From Octopus vulgaris (Eukaryota), in assembly GCA_951406725.2 (NCBI GenBank), contig OX597840.1, positions 32,178,001-32,242,000 of the forward strand: DNA of 64,000 bases, read 5' to 3'. Shown here in pieces: positions 13,485-26,800 of this stretch. The notes beneath the pieces are model-generated. The model was given only the letters and a program-made list of their open reading frames with translations. It searched no databases and had not been told where the DNA came from. How positions within the stretch are numbered: the first letter of the stretch is position 1; every line of letters starts with the position of its first letter. The translations under genes and the position numbers were made by a program.

Positions 13485-13942
13485 GTAAATATGCCATTTG
13501 AATATGGCTAACCCCTAAGGGTGAATGCTACTGTAGTTTTTAGCCCCAGGAAGACATCTCCTCCAGCTGGCTATAGACACACTTTCTGTGCCCTATCAGT
13601 ATTTCTTCAGGTTGAGTAGCCCATCCCGCTCAAACGGTCCCTGAATAAGGGTTGTTTAAGGATGTTGAAAGAACCACCCATGTTTCCAGAGGTGAATTAT
13701 TCAAACCCCAAAGAATCTCTCTCAACACACGGCTATGATGCTCCCCCACTACTTCTTCTTGTGATCAGAGATGCACATATCGTCAGCCACTAAGGGACAT
13801 GCTCAACTGGTTAAGGCCAAACAACTGACAAGCAAATCTGTGGTATTGAGCAGAATATTTGCTGTAGCCCATCTTTTATACCAAGACAAAACAATGTACA
13901 TGATAACACTTCCAATCAGTTAAGATCAGAAGCCATGAGAGC

Positions 13943-13948
13943 TTATTA

Positions 13949-13997
<49 letters not shown>

Positions 13998-14015
13998 CAT
14001 TATTATTATTATTTA

Positions 14016-14050
<35 letters not shown>

Positions 14051-14051
14051 A

Positions 14052-14096
<45 letters not shown>

Positions 14097-14230
14097 CAGT
14101 AGTAGTAGTAGTAGTAGTAGTGTTAGTAGTAGTAGTAGTAGTAGTAGCAGCAGCAGTAGCAGTACTGTTAGTAGTAGTAGTAGTAGTAGTAGCAGTGATG
14201 GTTGTGGTGGTGTTGGTGGTGGTGGTGGAT
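13943..14230. repeat. (TTA)n/(GTA)n/(GTG)n microsatellites
   Basis: direct reading. Confidence 0.92.
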
Positions 14231-14759
14231 GCGTTTAAATACAGCGATGCGCTTTCAGAGAGAGAGAGAAAGAGAGAGAGAGAGTCCTATAAACAAAATG
14301 GATGAACAAACAAACAGAGCGAACGTAAATATAGGTGTGGACTTTACATTAAAGGCTTACGCTATCTGTCGGAGATGCTTGCCAAAAAACAGAACAGACT
14401 CTTCTTTCTGTGTCTGAGTAGGATCTGTGTGAGCCAGCCCGCGCGCGTGTGTCTGTGTCTGTGTGTGTGTGCGTGTGTGGTGTGTGGTGTGTATATAATG
14501 TGCTATGTGCTGCTGCTGTGTTGTGTATACATGTAACTACATGTATAATCACATGCAACACATATGTATACATACATATATCTCAACATGTTTACATTTT
14601 CGTTTTGTTCTCTCTTCCACTCTGTCTATGTATGTGTGTATGTGTGTGTGTGTATGTGTGTGTGTATGTGTGTGTGTGTATGTGTGTGTGTGTATGTGTA
14701 TTATAAATGTAAATGTCTATCTATCCATCTATCTATCTATCTAACTATCTATCTATCTA

Positions 14760-14788
<29 letters not shown>

Positions 14789-14790
<2 letters not shown>

Positions 14791-15002
14791 TCTTTTACTC
14801 TTTTACTTGTTTCAGTCATTTGACTGCGGCCATGCTGGAGCACCACCTTTTAGTCGAGCAAATCGACCCCGGGACTTATTCATTTTGTAAGCCCAGTACT
14901 TATTCTATCGGTCTCTTTTTGCCGAACCGCTAAGTGACGGGGACGTAAACACACCAGCATCGGTTGTCAAGCAATGCTAGGGGGACAAACACAGACACAC
15001 AA

Positions 15003-15033
<31 letters not shown>

Positions 15034-15167
15034 CATATATACGACAGGCTTCTTTCAGTTTCCGTCTACCAAATCCACTCACAAGGCATTGGTCGGCCCG
15101 GGGCTATAGCAGAAGACACTTGCCCAAGATGCCACGCAGTGGGACTGAACCCGGAACAATGTGGTTA
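14789..15167 (-). mobile_element. SINE A, head truncated
   Basis: match to family consensus. Confidence 0.9.
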
Positions 15168-15242
15168 TATATATATATGTATATATATATCGTCTGTTTT
15201 TTCTATCTATCTATCTATCTATCTATATATATATATATAACT

Positions 15243-15562
15243 CGCAGGAGTGGCTGTGTGGTGAGTAGCTTGCTTATCAACTACATGGTTCCGGGTTCAG
15301 TCCCACTGCATGTCACCTTCGGCAAGGGCCTTCTAAGCCTCGGGCTGACCAAAGACTTGTATTTCTTCCCCCAACATCGCTTGACAACCGATGCTGGTGT
15401 GTTTATGTACCCGTAACTTAGCTATTCGGCAAAAGAGACCGATAGAATAAGTACTAGGCTTACAAAGAATAAGTCCTGGGGTCGATTTTCTCGACTAAAG
15501 GAGGTGCTCCAGCATGGCCACAGTCAAATGACTGCAACAAGTAAAAGAGTACAAGTGAAAGA
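15243..15562 (+). mobile_element. SINE A, internally deleted
   Basis: match to family consensus. Confidence 0.87.
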
Positions 15563-15565
15563 ATA

Positions 15566-15596
<31 letters not shown>

Positions 15597-15600
15597 ATAT

Positions 15601-15803
15601 AGGGAAGCTTTATGAAAATAAACAAAAGACGAAGGCAGGTGGAGTACAAACAAACAATTGTATTAGTATGGCGCTCAGGAATATAAATAAAACAAGTCGT
15701 CTTTTACATTTCGAGCCTACGCTCTTCAACAGAAAGATACACAGAAAAGAAACACGGAGACAAACAAGGAGAGAGAAAAAATGCGTGCAGGAGCTAGCGA
15801 TTC
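15601..15803 (-). mobile_element. solo Penelope pLTR-like repeat with hammerhead-like motif
   Basis: CTGTTGA-A-GAGC-GTAG-GCTC-GAAA; homologs at 17.8, 43.1 and 50.2 kb. Confidence 0.7.
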
Positions 15804-15904
15804 AACAAAGGAATTCCAACCTTGTCTGATTTTCACGTTTTATTTACAATCTTATAATGATATAATATAAGATAATATAAAATAAAATAAAATAATAAAA
15901 TATA

Positions 15905-16087
15905 AGGTGCAGGAGTGGCTGTGTGGTAAGTAGCTTGTTTACCAACCACATGGTTCCGGGTTCAATCCCACTGCGTGGCACTTTGCGCAGGTGTCTTCTA
16001 CTATAGCCTCGGGCCGACCAAAGCCTTGTGAGTGGATTTGGTAGACGGAAACTGAAAGAAGCCCGTCGTATATATGTATATATATAT

Positions 16088-16126
<39 letters not shown>

Positions 16127-16339
16127 TGTGTTTGTCCCCCTAGCATTGCTTGATAACCGATACTGGTACGTTTATGTCCCCGTCACCTAGCGGTTCGGCA
16201 AAAGAGACCGATAGAATAAGTACTGGGCTTACAAAAGAATAGGTCCCGGGGTCGAGTTGCTCGATTAAAAGGCGGTGCTCCAGCATGGCCGCAGTCAAAT
16301 GACTGAAACAGGTAAAAGAGTGAAAAAGAGTAAAAGAGA
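15905..16339 (+). mobile_element. SINE A
   Basis: match to family consensus. Confidence 0.92.
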
Positions 16340-16679
16340 ATGTTAGATGTTCATGCATTAAATTCTGCAATCTTCAGGTTCATGTAGTAGTGGTGACAGT
16401 CATGCTTCACAATTTTTGACTGTCCCCTACATTCTCTATCTAATCCCTCCTCTCTCCTCTCTTCCTCTCACAAGGTTCTTTGAAATCATTGGTGGGACTC
16501 AAACAATGCAGAGCGCATTGTGACCAGCGATGTGTAGCAACATCTGATAGCCTGGTTGGTCACGGTGACATACTCAAACGTCACATTCAACATAAGCATT
16601 GTGAATGATAAAGAAAGAGTAGAGAGTCGGATCCTCATGCGTTTAAACCGACGTGAGAGTTCATCATATATATATACAC

Positions 16680-17100
16680 AGGCGCAGTAGTGGCTGTGTG
16701 GTAAGTAGCTTGCTAACCAACCATATGGTTCCGGGTTCAGTCCTACTGCGTGGCATCTTGGGCAAGTGTCTTCTGCTATAGCCCCGGGCCGACCAATGCC
16801 TTGTGAGTGGATTTGGTAGACGGAAACTGAAAGAAGCCTGTCGTATATATGTATATATATATATGTATGTGTGTGTGTGTGTTTGTGTGTCTGTGTTTGT
16901 CCCCCTAGCATTGCTTGACAACCGATGCTGGTGTGTTTACGTCCCCGTCACTTGGCGGTTCGGCAAAAGAGACCGATAGAATAAGTACTGGGCTTACAAA
17001 GAATAAGTCCTGGGGTCGATTTGCTCGACTAAAAAAAGGCGGTGCTCCAGCATGGCCGCAGTCAAATGACTGAAACAAGTAAAAGAGAAATAAAAGAGAG
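16680..17100 (+). mobile_element. SINE A
   Basis: match to family consensus. Confidence 0.92.
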
Positions 17101-17109
17101 AATATATAT

Positions 17110-17402
17110 CACTGTGACCAACCAGGCTATCAGATGTTGTTACACATCGCTGGTCACAATGCGCTCTGCATTGTTTTCGCCTTCAAATGACGCCACTCCG
17201 CTGGCTAAGCGAGCAGGCCAAAAGAAAGAGTGAGAGAAAGTTGCTGTGAAAGAGTACAGCAGGGATCGCCACCATCCCCTGCCGGAGCCTCATGGAACTT
17301 TAGGTGTTTTCGCTCAATAAACACTCACAACGCCCGGACTGGGAGTCGAAACAGCGATCCTCCGACCGTGAGTCCGCTGACCTAGCCACTGGGCCATTGC
17401 GC

Positions 17403-17405
<3 letters not shown>
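17110..17405 (-). mobile_element. SINE family G (family B head, different tail)
   Basis: 5' ~180 nt match SINE B; the tail matches 16501-16569 in opposite orientation. Confidence 0.8.
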
Positions 17406-17496
<91 letters not shown>

Positions 17497-17497
<1 letters not shown>

Positions 17498-17745
17498 CGA
17501 GCAAAATACCCTGCGTCCAATGGACGGTGCTGAGTTGTCAAACATTTAAACCAAATTTTCTCAAATCAACTTGTCTTTATTGATCGTATTTTCATCTGGA
17601 ATAGATTTTTGTAATTTTTCAAGAGTTATACATGCCCTGATACCGTCGGTATCTACATATCAAATTTGAGCGCAATCGGATGGAGGATGCCTGAGATCCT
17701 AGAAGACACACATACAGACAGACAGAACGGATTTTATATAATAGA
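17497..17745 (-). mobile_element. possible non-autonomous Helitron
   Basis: 5' TCTATTATATAAAA followed by TCTG/TG tract as in the other two Helitrons; 3' end degenerate. Confidence 0.5.
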
Positions 17746-17774
17746 TGTGTGTGTGTGTGTTTTGTGTATAGTTG

Positions 17775-19219
17775 GAATTTTTAAAAAAAACAAATAAGAC
17801 GAACACGGGTGTATAAACAACAAACAGGTGTATTAGTTTAACGCTCGGGAAGTGAGGAAGTATTTTACGTTTCGAGCCTACGCTCTTCAACAGAAAGGAA
17901 CACGATGAAATAAATAGGGAGGGGAAATAAAAAAAAAAAAACGTTTAGTGCCTAGGGATCAATCAGGGCGAATGCCGACAGAGGTGGTCAGACAGGAGAT
18001 CTAGGAAGAAGGGGAGATAATAAAGTAGTGGTGATCCCAAAACAAAGGTGCGCGTGTGTGTGTGTGTATGTGTGAGCGTGTATGAACGTGTGGAAGGGGG
18101 CTGGTGACCTTGGCGTGTGAGTGTGCGCATGTGTAGGTGTGTGAATGATGGTGTGGGAGCTGGGAAGTGGACAGTTCTAGTGTGTGCGGGGTGGTGTGAT
18201 GTGGTGTGGTGCTTTAGCACGCCGGGCGAAATGCTTAGCGGTATTTCGTCTGCGTTACGTTGTGAGTTCGAATTCCGTCGAGGTCGACTTTGCCTTTCAT
18301 CCTTTCGGGGTCGATAAATTAAGTACCAGTTACGCACTGGGGTCGATGTAATCGACTTAATACCTATGTCTGTCCTTGTTTGTCCCCTCTGTGTTTGGCC
18401 CCTGGTGGGTAATAAAGAAATAGGTGTGTGGTGTGGTGGTATGTGGTGTGGCAAGATGCGGTATGGTGGTGTGTGGTGTGGTGTGGTGTGGTGTGGTAGT
18501 GTTGAGGTGTAGGGGAGGCGAGGGTGGGGGAAGCAAGAGTGGGTGTGGGATACAGGTGAGAGTGGGGTATGCGGGAGTGCGGTTTAAGGGGAGGGGTGGG
18601 GTCTGTAGGAGTTGATGGTATGTGGGGGTAACATGGGATGTATAGGGATGTTGGGTTTGGAATGTGTAGGGGTGCTGTAACGATGATGAAGGGGTGGAAG
18701 GGAGAAGGGTGTGAGTGAAGAGAGGAAGTAGGTGTAAGAGGAAGAGAGGAGAGGGGAGGTGTTAGATAAAGAAGGGCGAAGAGTTGAGCCCATGTGGCGC
18801 AAAGGAGCGAAGAGAGAAGATTAATTCCTGTTCACGACGAAGATGGGAGTCCGGATGGCCCCTGGGCGAGAACAATCCGAATACCGACAGGTGTTGTAAA
18901 GAAAGACCGGTAGAGTGGGAATGGCGCGAGACCGGGGTATCGTTGCCGAGTCTGATGTCTCAGAGGTGTTCCGCGAACAGGTCAGCCAAGCGGCGTCCCG
19001 TTTGACAGATGTACAGAGAAGGACAGACACAGCAGAAAGATGCAGTAGACGACGTTGCTAGAAGTGCAGGTGAAGGAGTCAGTGATATGATAGGGTCGAT
19101 GATCGGTGCCTATGAGGAAGGCGGTGTTGGGGAGGTAAGGGCAAGTACGTCAGCGTGGGCGGGAGCAGGGGAACGAGTCGATTTGGGAGGTTGAGTTAGG
19201 GAAGAAACTGTGGACCAGG

Positions 19220-19220
<1 letters not shown>
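17775..19220 (-). mobile_element. Penelope-like element (Neptune-type) 3' part: GIY-YIG endonuclease remnant plus terminal repeat
   Basis: manual translation 19220-18775: LVHS..FPCSRPR*RTCPY..DSFTCTSSNVVYCI..CPSLYICQTGRRLADLFAEHL..REQELIFSLRSFAPHGLN; hammerhead-like pLTR at ~17830-17900. Confidence 0.85.
18215..18425 (+). mobile_element. SINE family C (central GACTTTGCCTTTCATCCTTTCGGGGTCGATAAATTAAGTACC domain)
   Basis: B box GAGTTCGAATTCC; homologs at 19.3-20.45, 22.3, 30.3 and 39 kb. Confidence 0.85.
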
Positions 19221-19258
<38 letters not shown>

Positions 19259-19294
19259 TGCTTCTAACAAAATATATTTGCCAATATATAGAAG

Positions 19295-20450
19295 TTGATT
19301 AAATAAGTACCAGTTACGCACTGGGGTCGATATAATCGATTTAATCCGTTTGTCTGTCCTTGTTTGTCCCCTAGATGTTTAGCCCCTTGTGGGTAGTAAA
19401 GAAATAGGTATTTCATCTGCGTTCTGAGTTAAAATTCCGCCGAGGTCGACTTTGCCTTTCATCCTTTCGGGGTCGACAAATTAAGTACCAGTTACGCACT
19501 GGGGTCGATATAATCGACTTAATCCGTTTGTCTGTCCTTGTTTGTCCCCTCTGTGTTTAGCCCCTTGTGGGTAGTAAAGAAATAGATATTTCATCTGCGT
19601 TCTGAGTTAAAATTCCGCCGAGGTCGACTTTGCCTTTCATCCTTTCCGGGTCGATTAAATAAGTACCAGTTACACACTGGGGTCGATATAATCGCCTTAA
19701 TCCGTTTGTCTGTCCTTGTTTGTCCCCTAGATGTTTAGCCCCTTATGGGTAGTAAAGAAATAAGTATTTCGTCTGCAACTACGTTCTGAGTTCAAATTCG
19801 GCCGATGTCGACTTTGCCTTTCATCCTTTCGGGGTCAATTAAATAAGTACCAGTTACACACTGGGGTCGATATAATCGACTTAATCCGTTTGTCCGTCCT
19901 TGTTTGTCCCCTCTATGTTTAGCCCCTTGTGGGTAGTAAAGAAATAAGTATTTCGTCTGCCACTACGTTCTGAGTTCAAATTCGGCCGATGTCGACTTTG
20001 CCTTTCATCCTTTCGGGGTCAATTAAATAAGTACCAGTTACGCACTGGGGTCGATGTAATCGACTTAATCCGTTTGTCCGTCCTTGTTTGTCCCCTCTAT
20101 GTTTAGCCCCTTATGGGTAGTAAAGAAATAAGTATTTCGTCTGCAACTACGTTCTGAGTTCAAATTCGGCCGATGTCGACTTTGCCTTTCATCCTTTCGG
20201 GGTCAATTAAATAAGTATCAGTTACACACTGGGGTCGATGTAATCGACTTAATCCGTTTGTCCGTCCTTGTTTGTCCCCTCTATGTTTAGCCCCTTATGG
20301 GTAGTAAAGAAATAAGTATTTCGTCTGCCACTACGTTCTGAGTTCAAATTCGGCCGATGACGACTTTGCCTTTCATCCTTTCGGGGTCAATTAAATAAGT
20401 ACCAGTTACGCACTGGGGTCGATGTAATCGACTTAATCCCTATGTCCTTG
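19295..20450 (+). repeat. tandem array of ~6.4 units (178-184 bp) of the SINE C body
   Basis: AAGTACCAG-type anchor recurs near 19305, 19483, 19661, 19845, 20029, 20213, 20397. Confidence 0.93.
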
Positions 20451-20497
20451 TCCAGTGGGTTTCATATAGTAAATAACCAACACAAAGAGAACTGATG

Positions 20498-20536
<39 letters not shown>

Positions 20537-20666
20537 CAAGGGAAATAACTCTTAGATTATTCGTATCTTAATGTCTTATTGACTGGTAAAAGTTGGCATC
20601 GTCAGAAATTCGGGACATGAAATCTCTTTGCAGAATCACTAATAGTGCCATGGCTATTCCATGGTG

Positions 20667-21052
20667 TGGAGACGCAATGGCCCAGTGGTTAGGGCAGCGG
20701 ACTCGCGGTCATAGGATCGCGGTTTCGATTCCCAGACCGGGCGTTGTGAGTGTTTATTGAGCGAAAACATCTAAAGCTCCACGAGGCTCCGGCAGGGGAT
20801 GGTGGTGATCCCTGCTGTACTCTTTCACCACAACTTTCTCTCACTCTTACTTCCTGTTTCTGTTGTACCTGTATTTCAAAGGGCCGGCCTTGTCACTCTC
20901 TGTGTCACGCTGAATATCCCCGAGAACTACGTTAAGGGTACACGTGTCTGTGGAGTGCTCAGCCACTTACACGTTAATTTCACGAGCAGGCTGTTCCGTT
21001 GATTCGGATCAACCGGAACCCTCATCGTCGTAACCGACGGAGTGCTTCCACC
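20667..21052 (+). mobile_element. SINE B with TSD ATTCCATGGT
   Basis: family match plus flanking duplication. Confidence 0.92.
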
Positions 21053-21321
21053 ACACATTCCATGGTATTTTAACTCACGGCCCAGAAATCCATAGTCTCA
21101 GGTTCAAATCTCATCGAAGCCAATAGTTCACTTTTTTTTTGTTTGTTTTTGTCGCTCCATGTTGGTTAAAATTGTGTATTGGTCAAGTGCTGGGGGTCAA
21201 CTTAATCGACTAGCTCAGTGGTCCTCAACCAGGATCCACTGGCCCTTCGGGGACCATATTAGATTTTATTGTTAAAATTCCTGTGCAATAAATTGGTTAC
21301 AGTAATATGAACCGCCGGAAT

Positions 21322-21490
21322 AGGTGCAAGCGTGGATGCGTGGTAAGATGCTTGCTTCTCAACCACGTGGTTGAGGAGAGTTCAATCCCATTGCGTGGCA
21401 ACTTGGGTAGCTGTCTTTTACTCTAGCCTCGGGCCGACCAGAGCCTTGTCAGTGGATGTGGTAGACGGAAACTAAAAGAAGTCCGTCGTA
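21322..21490 (+). mobile_element. SINE A 5' half, diverged
   Basis: match to family consensus. Confidence 0.8.
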
Positions 21491-21499
21491 TATACATAC

Positions 21500-21599
<100 letters not shown>

Positions 21600-21851
21600 T
21601 AATATTGAGGGGTCAGCAAAAGAAATGCATCACCACATACCGAAGTTCAGAAATAGCAGCCAAAATCTAAGCCATTTCTTCTACTTAAAAAAAGGGTCTA
21701 CCAGAGAAACCATAATACTTGAATCTTATTCATCCAGGCAGAGGGTAACGTAACGAAAATCAATTGAAACAAAAGCACCCGGCATGAGGGACGCCTTGTT
21801 TCAAGGCTGAGAAATTTTATGAGGAGTTGATTTGCCAACACCCAGATGGAT

Positions 21852-22233
21852 AGAAGCACTCCGTCGGTTTCGACGATGAGGGTTCCGGTTGATCCGACCA
21901 ACAGAACAGCCTGCTCGTGAAATTAACGTGTAAGTGGCTGAGCACTCCACAGACACGTGTACCCTTAACGTAGTTCTCGGGGATATTCAGCGTGACACAG
22001 AGAGTGACAAGGCCGGCCCTTTGAAATACAGGTACAACAGAAACAGGAAGTGAGAGTGAGAGAAAGTTGTGGTGAAAGAGTACAGTAGGGATCACCACCA
22101 TCCCCTGCCGGAGCCTCGTGGAGCTTTTAGGTGTTTTCGCTCAATAAACACTCACAACGCCCGGTCTGGGAATCGAAACCGCGATGCTACGACCGCGAGT
22201 CCGCTGCCCTAACCACTGGGCCATTGCGCCTCC
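21852..22233 (-). mobile_element. SINE B with TSD CAACACCCAGAT
   Basis: family match plus flanking duplication. Confidence 0.92.
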
Positions 22234-22379
22234 AACAACACCCAGATACACCAACTGAGGAAAAGCTTTGGTTTTCAAAAAGCTGGATGAAAGCACAGAC
22301 AAAGGGATAAAGTCAATTACATCGGCCCCAGTTCGTAACTGGTACTTAATTTATCGACCCCGAAAGGATGAAAGGCAAA

Positions 22380-22830
22380 GAGTATGGGGTTTCATTGAAA
22401 TTTCCAAACACGCATTTCCGTCTCCAAAAAGCAATGGGTTGAGCGAATTCAGGATTATTTGAAGAACGTATGGAGTATGCTTCGTTATTTCCTTGATCTT
22501 GCATAGATCTCCCTATTATCAATGGAGATCAAATGCCCTTGCACCGGAATAAAAGTAGCGGTCCAGCTCCCTTATCATTCAGAAATCAAGATACGTTCGT
22601 CAAAAGAAACCACCATTTGTTAAGGGAACGTATCACAGTGTTCGCCCGGGTTGACAATGATACCAAAATCAATCTTATCCCAGAGTTTGTATTTAAAGGA
22701 ACTGGAAAAAGGTTGTAATTCCCCCTTATGTTATATCCATCCGTCCATCTGAGCCCAATCAGATTGTAATGTCCCTTATCTATGGTGTCCCCTTATGCGA
22801 AATAAAAAATCACTCACCATCTCACTGAAG
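22380..22830 (+). pseudogene. pogo-like DDE_1 transposase remnant
   Basis: PIINGDQMPLHRN..RERITVFA..PEFVFKGTG resembles the pogo N-x-D-Q/E-x-P and P-x-x-V-F-K-G motifs. Confidence 0.65.
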
Positions 22831-23440
22831 AAGTGGTTCTCCGAAGGTGAAAAGTAGCCGTGAGATGTCTTAAAGGTTTTGAAAGATAATATTTATCGCC
22901 ACTTAAATACCGATGTTTTGTTGGAACAAACTATACTTCAATCGATACCACGAGAGACATTCTAATATTGGCTTTTTAGTGTAAATACACTCTTGTTTAC
23001 ACCGGTACCTCCAGCGCTAAACCATCAAATTACGTGGTTTCGAACTGGTTTGGTTTTGTCAATGATGGAAGTAGCGGGGTTTTATTTCCCCACTAACAAT
23101 ATAAAAATAAATACATTTTGTAACGCAAAGCCAGTATGAGAGCTTCTCTCGTGGTAACTATTGCAGTATAGTTTGTTCTAAGAGAACATCTACATTTATA
23201 GTGATATCAATATTACCTTCGTACTAATGCTGCCACTGTCATTAAAAAAATATTTTTTGAAAGATGTCGGTTAAACAAGGTACGGAACTCTTGTTGAATT
23301 TTTTTGCGGTTTCAATAATTGTATGAAGGGTTATCTCCCTTGCATTTTATTTCAGCTCTAAACTTGTATAGCCAAGAACTGATGGAAACGTGAGTTCTTT
23401 GTTGCGTGTGTGCGTACGTGCGCGCGTGTGTGTGTATGCA

Positions 23441-23495
<55 letters not shown>

Positions 23496-23550
23496 TTTAG
23501 ATGTGACATATTTTCATTAAAGCGGAAAGCTAGTCAGAACCGTTATTATT

Positions 23551-23866
23551 CATCCATCTATCTATCTATCCGCTCAGTCGAAGTCGACTCTCGGTCACTC
23601 GTTGGATCAGTGTCCTCCATCCAGTTCTATCCTGGGCCACTTCTTTCAGATTGGCTATGGCGATTCCCGTGTCACTCTTGATGGTGTCAAGCAAGCGGGT
23701 TCTTGGTCGGCCTCTTCCTCTCTTGCCACTGACCATTCCAAGCATGATGTCCTTCTCCAGGGATTTTCTCCGCATAATATGACCAAAATATGCCATTCTA
23801 TGCTTGGTGATCCTAGCTTCTAGTGACAGTTTCAGCTTGATCTGGTTAAGAACTTCTCCATTGGTA
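23551..23866 (-). mobile_element. RTE (BovB-like) LINE 3' end with (GATA)n tail
   Basis: TNGEVL..MAYFGHIMRRKSLEKDIMLGMVSGKRGRGRPRTR..W. Confidence 0.9.
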
Positions 23867-26800
23867 AACGTCTCGTCCTTTACTTTTAGTGGGGGATTGG
23901 AATGCCACCCTGGACACGCATCTAGACTACGTGGGCAGAGATAGCAATAGAAGGGGATGCAAATGCCTCAAAGACCTGCTCAGACGTTTCCAACTGTCTG
24001 ACAGGTACCAACTGGACCACCCGAATGTGCCAATGTGGACATGGAGTAACCGCATCGGGTCGTCCAGATCATACTTAGATAGAGTATTCTGTAGGACAAT
24101 AGATAAAAATAGTGTAGGTTGTCCACAATTTCATATAGTCAGTTACACAGATCACAAGTTTGTGACTTGTACACTTGACTTAGATAAGACACATAGGCAG
24201 GGTCCTGGTTACTGGAAACTGAACGCGTCTTTTACAGCACGACAGGTCTACAGGGACCGGATCAGCACATTAGTTAAGAGAGCTTTGACGGGTACCATCA
24301 TCAACAACAGATGGTGGTATACCCTAAAAAAAGCAATTAAAGCAGAATCAGTCAGATACAGTAAAGCCCTAGCATTAGACGGAAATAGAATAGAGGGAGA
24401 ATTAGTTAAGGTTTTAGAAGAGGCACTTAGAACTGGCATCGCGTCCAACGCGCTGGCGGCGAGATTGGCCCTCGACCAACACCTCAACGCCAAACACGAG
24501 GGATGCGTTGTCAGAGCTAGGATGCGTGCTCTGAGGAACGAAGGAGTTGGAGCCGCCCAAGACGCCCGAGTGGTGGAGACGCAACGAGGCAACAGAGCCA
24601 CCATCAAGTCTCTTATAGATGAACAGAGGCGCGAATTTCTCGAGCCTAAAAGGATGTGTGGGGCTTTTCAGCAACACTTCACCCAACTGTTTGGGACAAG
24701 TGGTGGGTCAGAACGCAGAGTGGATTTTAGTGCCTACCTGCATGCCTTGTCACGACTCTCAGCAAGAGAGGTGGAGTCTTGTGAAAGGCCTATCACAGCT
24801 GCGGACGTACAGGATGCGATGGTAGGCTGCGCGAGAGACAAGTCACCAGGCTTGGATGGTCTGCCCTACGAACTTTATTTTCATATGCCAGACTTGTTTG
24901 GAGGCGTCTTGGCAGCTGTCTACTGCAACTGGCAGCAGAACGGGAGTATTCCTGCTTTTGTAAAGCGAGGAGCAGTGGCACTGATTAAGAAAGACCCAAA
25001 CAAGGGGGACGTCATAGATAATTTCAGGCCCATCACTCTGCTCAACGTAGATTTGAAAATTTTGACCAAGGTGTTAGCCGAGAGGTTGGCGCTTGTCATC
25101 AAGAAACTAATCGACAAGGCGCAAACATGCGCCGTGCCGGGTAGAAGTATTCATGACAACCTCCATCTGATGCGCTACATCATAGACAGGGTAGTTAAGA
25201 ATCCCGGCATGGGTGGGGCGCTGATCAATTTGGATCAATCAAAAGCTTTCGATGGGTAGATCATCACTGCTTGGAGGCTGTCCTTAAAGCGGCTGGTTTC
25301 GGTCCAGTTTTCCGCGGTTGGATCGCTGCCTTATACAGCGGCATCCGCTCAGTAGTTCGCGTAAATGGTCATCTATCCAGACCTTTTAACATCATGCGTT
25401 CGGTTCGTCAGGGATGCCCCCTCTCATCGCTGCTGTATGTATTGACTCTTGAGCCACTACTGCGGAAACTGGCGACGCTGAGGGGCATCCCACGAGAGCT
25501 GGGATGCGGGAGGAGCGTGTCTGCATACGCAGATGACGTCACCGTCATAGTGTCGAGCTACGAGCACATCGAGCTGGTCGGCGAGACACTAAAAGAATAC
25601 GAAGCGGTAACGGGAGCAAAAATTAACCGGGAAAAGTCAGTGGGCTTGCGGCTCGGCACCTGGAGAAGCAGGCCCATGCCGTCCAACAGCGTCTCCATCG
25701 TGGGACGCTGGACGGACGGACCGGTTAAATTGCTCGGGGTCTGGTTCGGTCCGGACCTCCAAATGGAGAAGAACTGGGGCGAGATAACGACTAGGGTGGC
25801 TACTCTCACCCAGAAATGGGTTGAGAGAAAGCTATCCCTAAAAGGTCTGGCGGAGGTGGCGAACGCGTACATCGCATCCATCATCGAGTATCGTCTGACC
25901 GTCGTGCCTTGTCCTTACCATCACCAAATTGGAACGTATACTCTTCCGCTTCCTGTGGAAGGGAAACGTTCGGATGGTTAGGCGATCCATTTGCTGTCAA
26001 CACTCGCTAAATGGAGGGCTGGGCATGCCGTGGTTGATGATGCGCAGACATGCGCTGAGACTGCGACATCTCCGGCGCTTCATAGACGACGGTGAACAGG
26101 TGTGGTCGCCTTTTGTGCGGCGCGCTTTCCCGCAGCTCGTTTCCTTGGACGAACTACAGTCACGGATCAAGCAGAGACCGAGGCTAGGCGAATGGCACCG
26201 CGAGTGTCGCGTTGCTCTCAAGCAAATCTGCCGTCCGGGATCGAACATGTGCGACTCCATCACAACAAAGGCATTCTATAGTGGATTAGTGGAGGGGAGG
26301 TACAACGACGAACTCGGGCAGAGTCTGGGCGTCGACGAGGAACACCTGACCCGCCTGTTCAGGACAACTTTCGGGCCGGGACCTATGAACAATCACCAAA
26401 GATCCCTGGCCTGGCAGTGCTATTGAGAAGCATTACCTGTTCGGGATAAGCTCTACAGACACGGTTCCAGATACACTGGACCGACTTGCCCGAGATGCGG
26501 TCAGAGCGACGAAACCGTTCTGCACGCACTCGTGCAATGTCCAACCATTTCAGACCTGTGGGCTTATGCCGAACGGCTGCTGTCACGTGTGGGACGAATC
26601 CGCCTATCGGCCGAGTCTATCGTGGGTATTGCTCCGCCCCCTTCCCTCAACCGGGAAGGCAAGGCAGTTTTCATCGTATTGGTGGCCATGGTGAAAGAAT
26701 GTGTGTGGTGGACCCGAGCGAAAGTATTAGAGACAAACACTTACCTCTCTGGCCAATCGCTCATCAACTTTTTCAAGTACCACTTGAAAAGGAAGGTGAG

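Noticed and set aside
13480-13942. Complex island that may be an interspersed repeat
   Set aside because: Single copy in this window with no diagnostic termini or ORF.
19295-20450. CRISPR-like array or hammerhead satellite
   Set aside because: Units are contiguous with no unique spacers, derive from SINE C, and show no hammerhead core on either strand; eukaryotic context.
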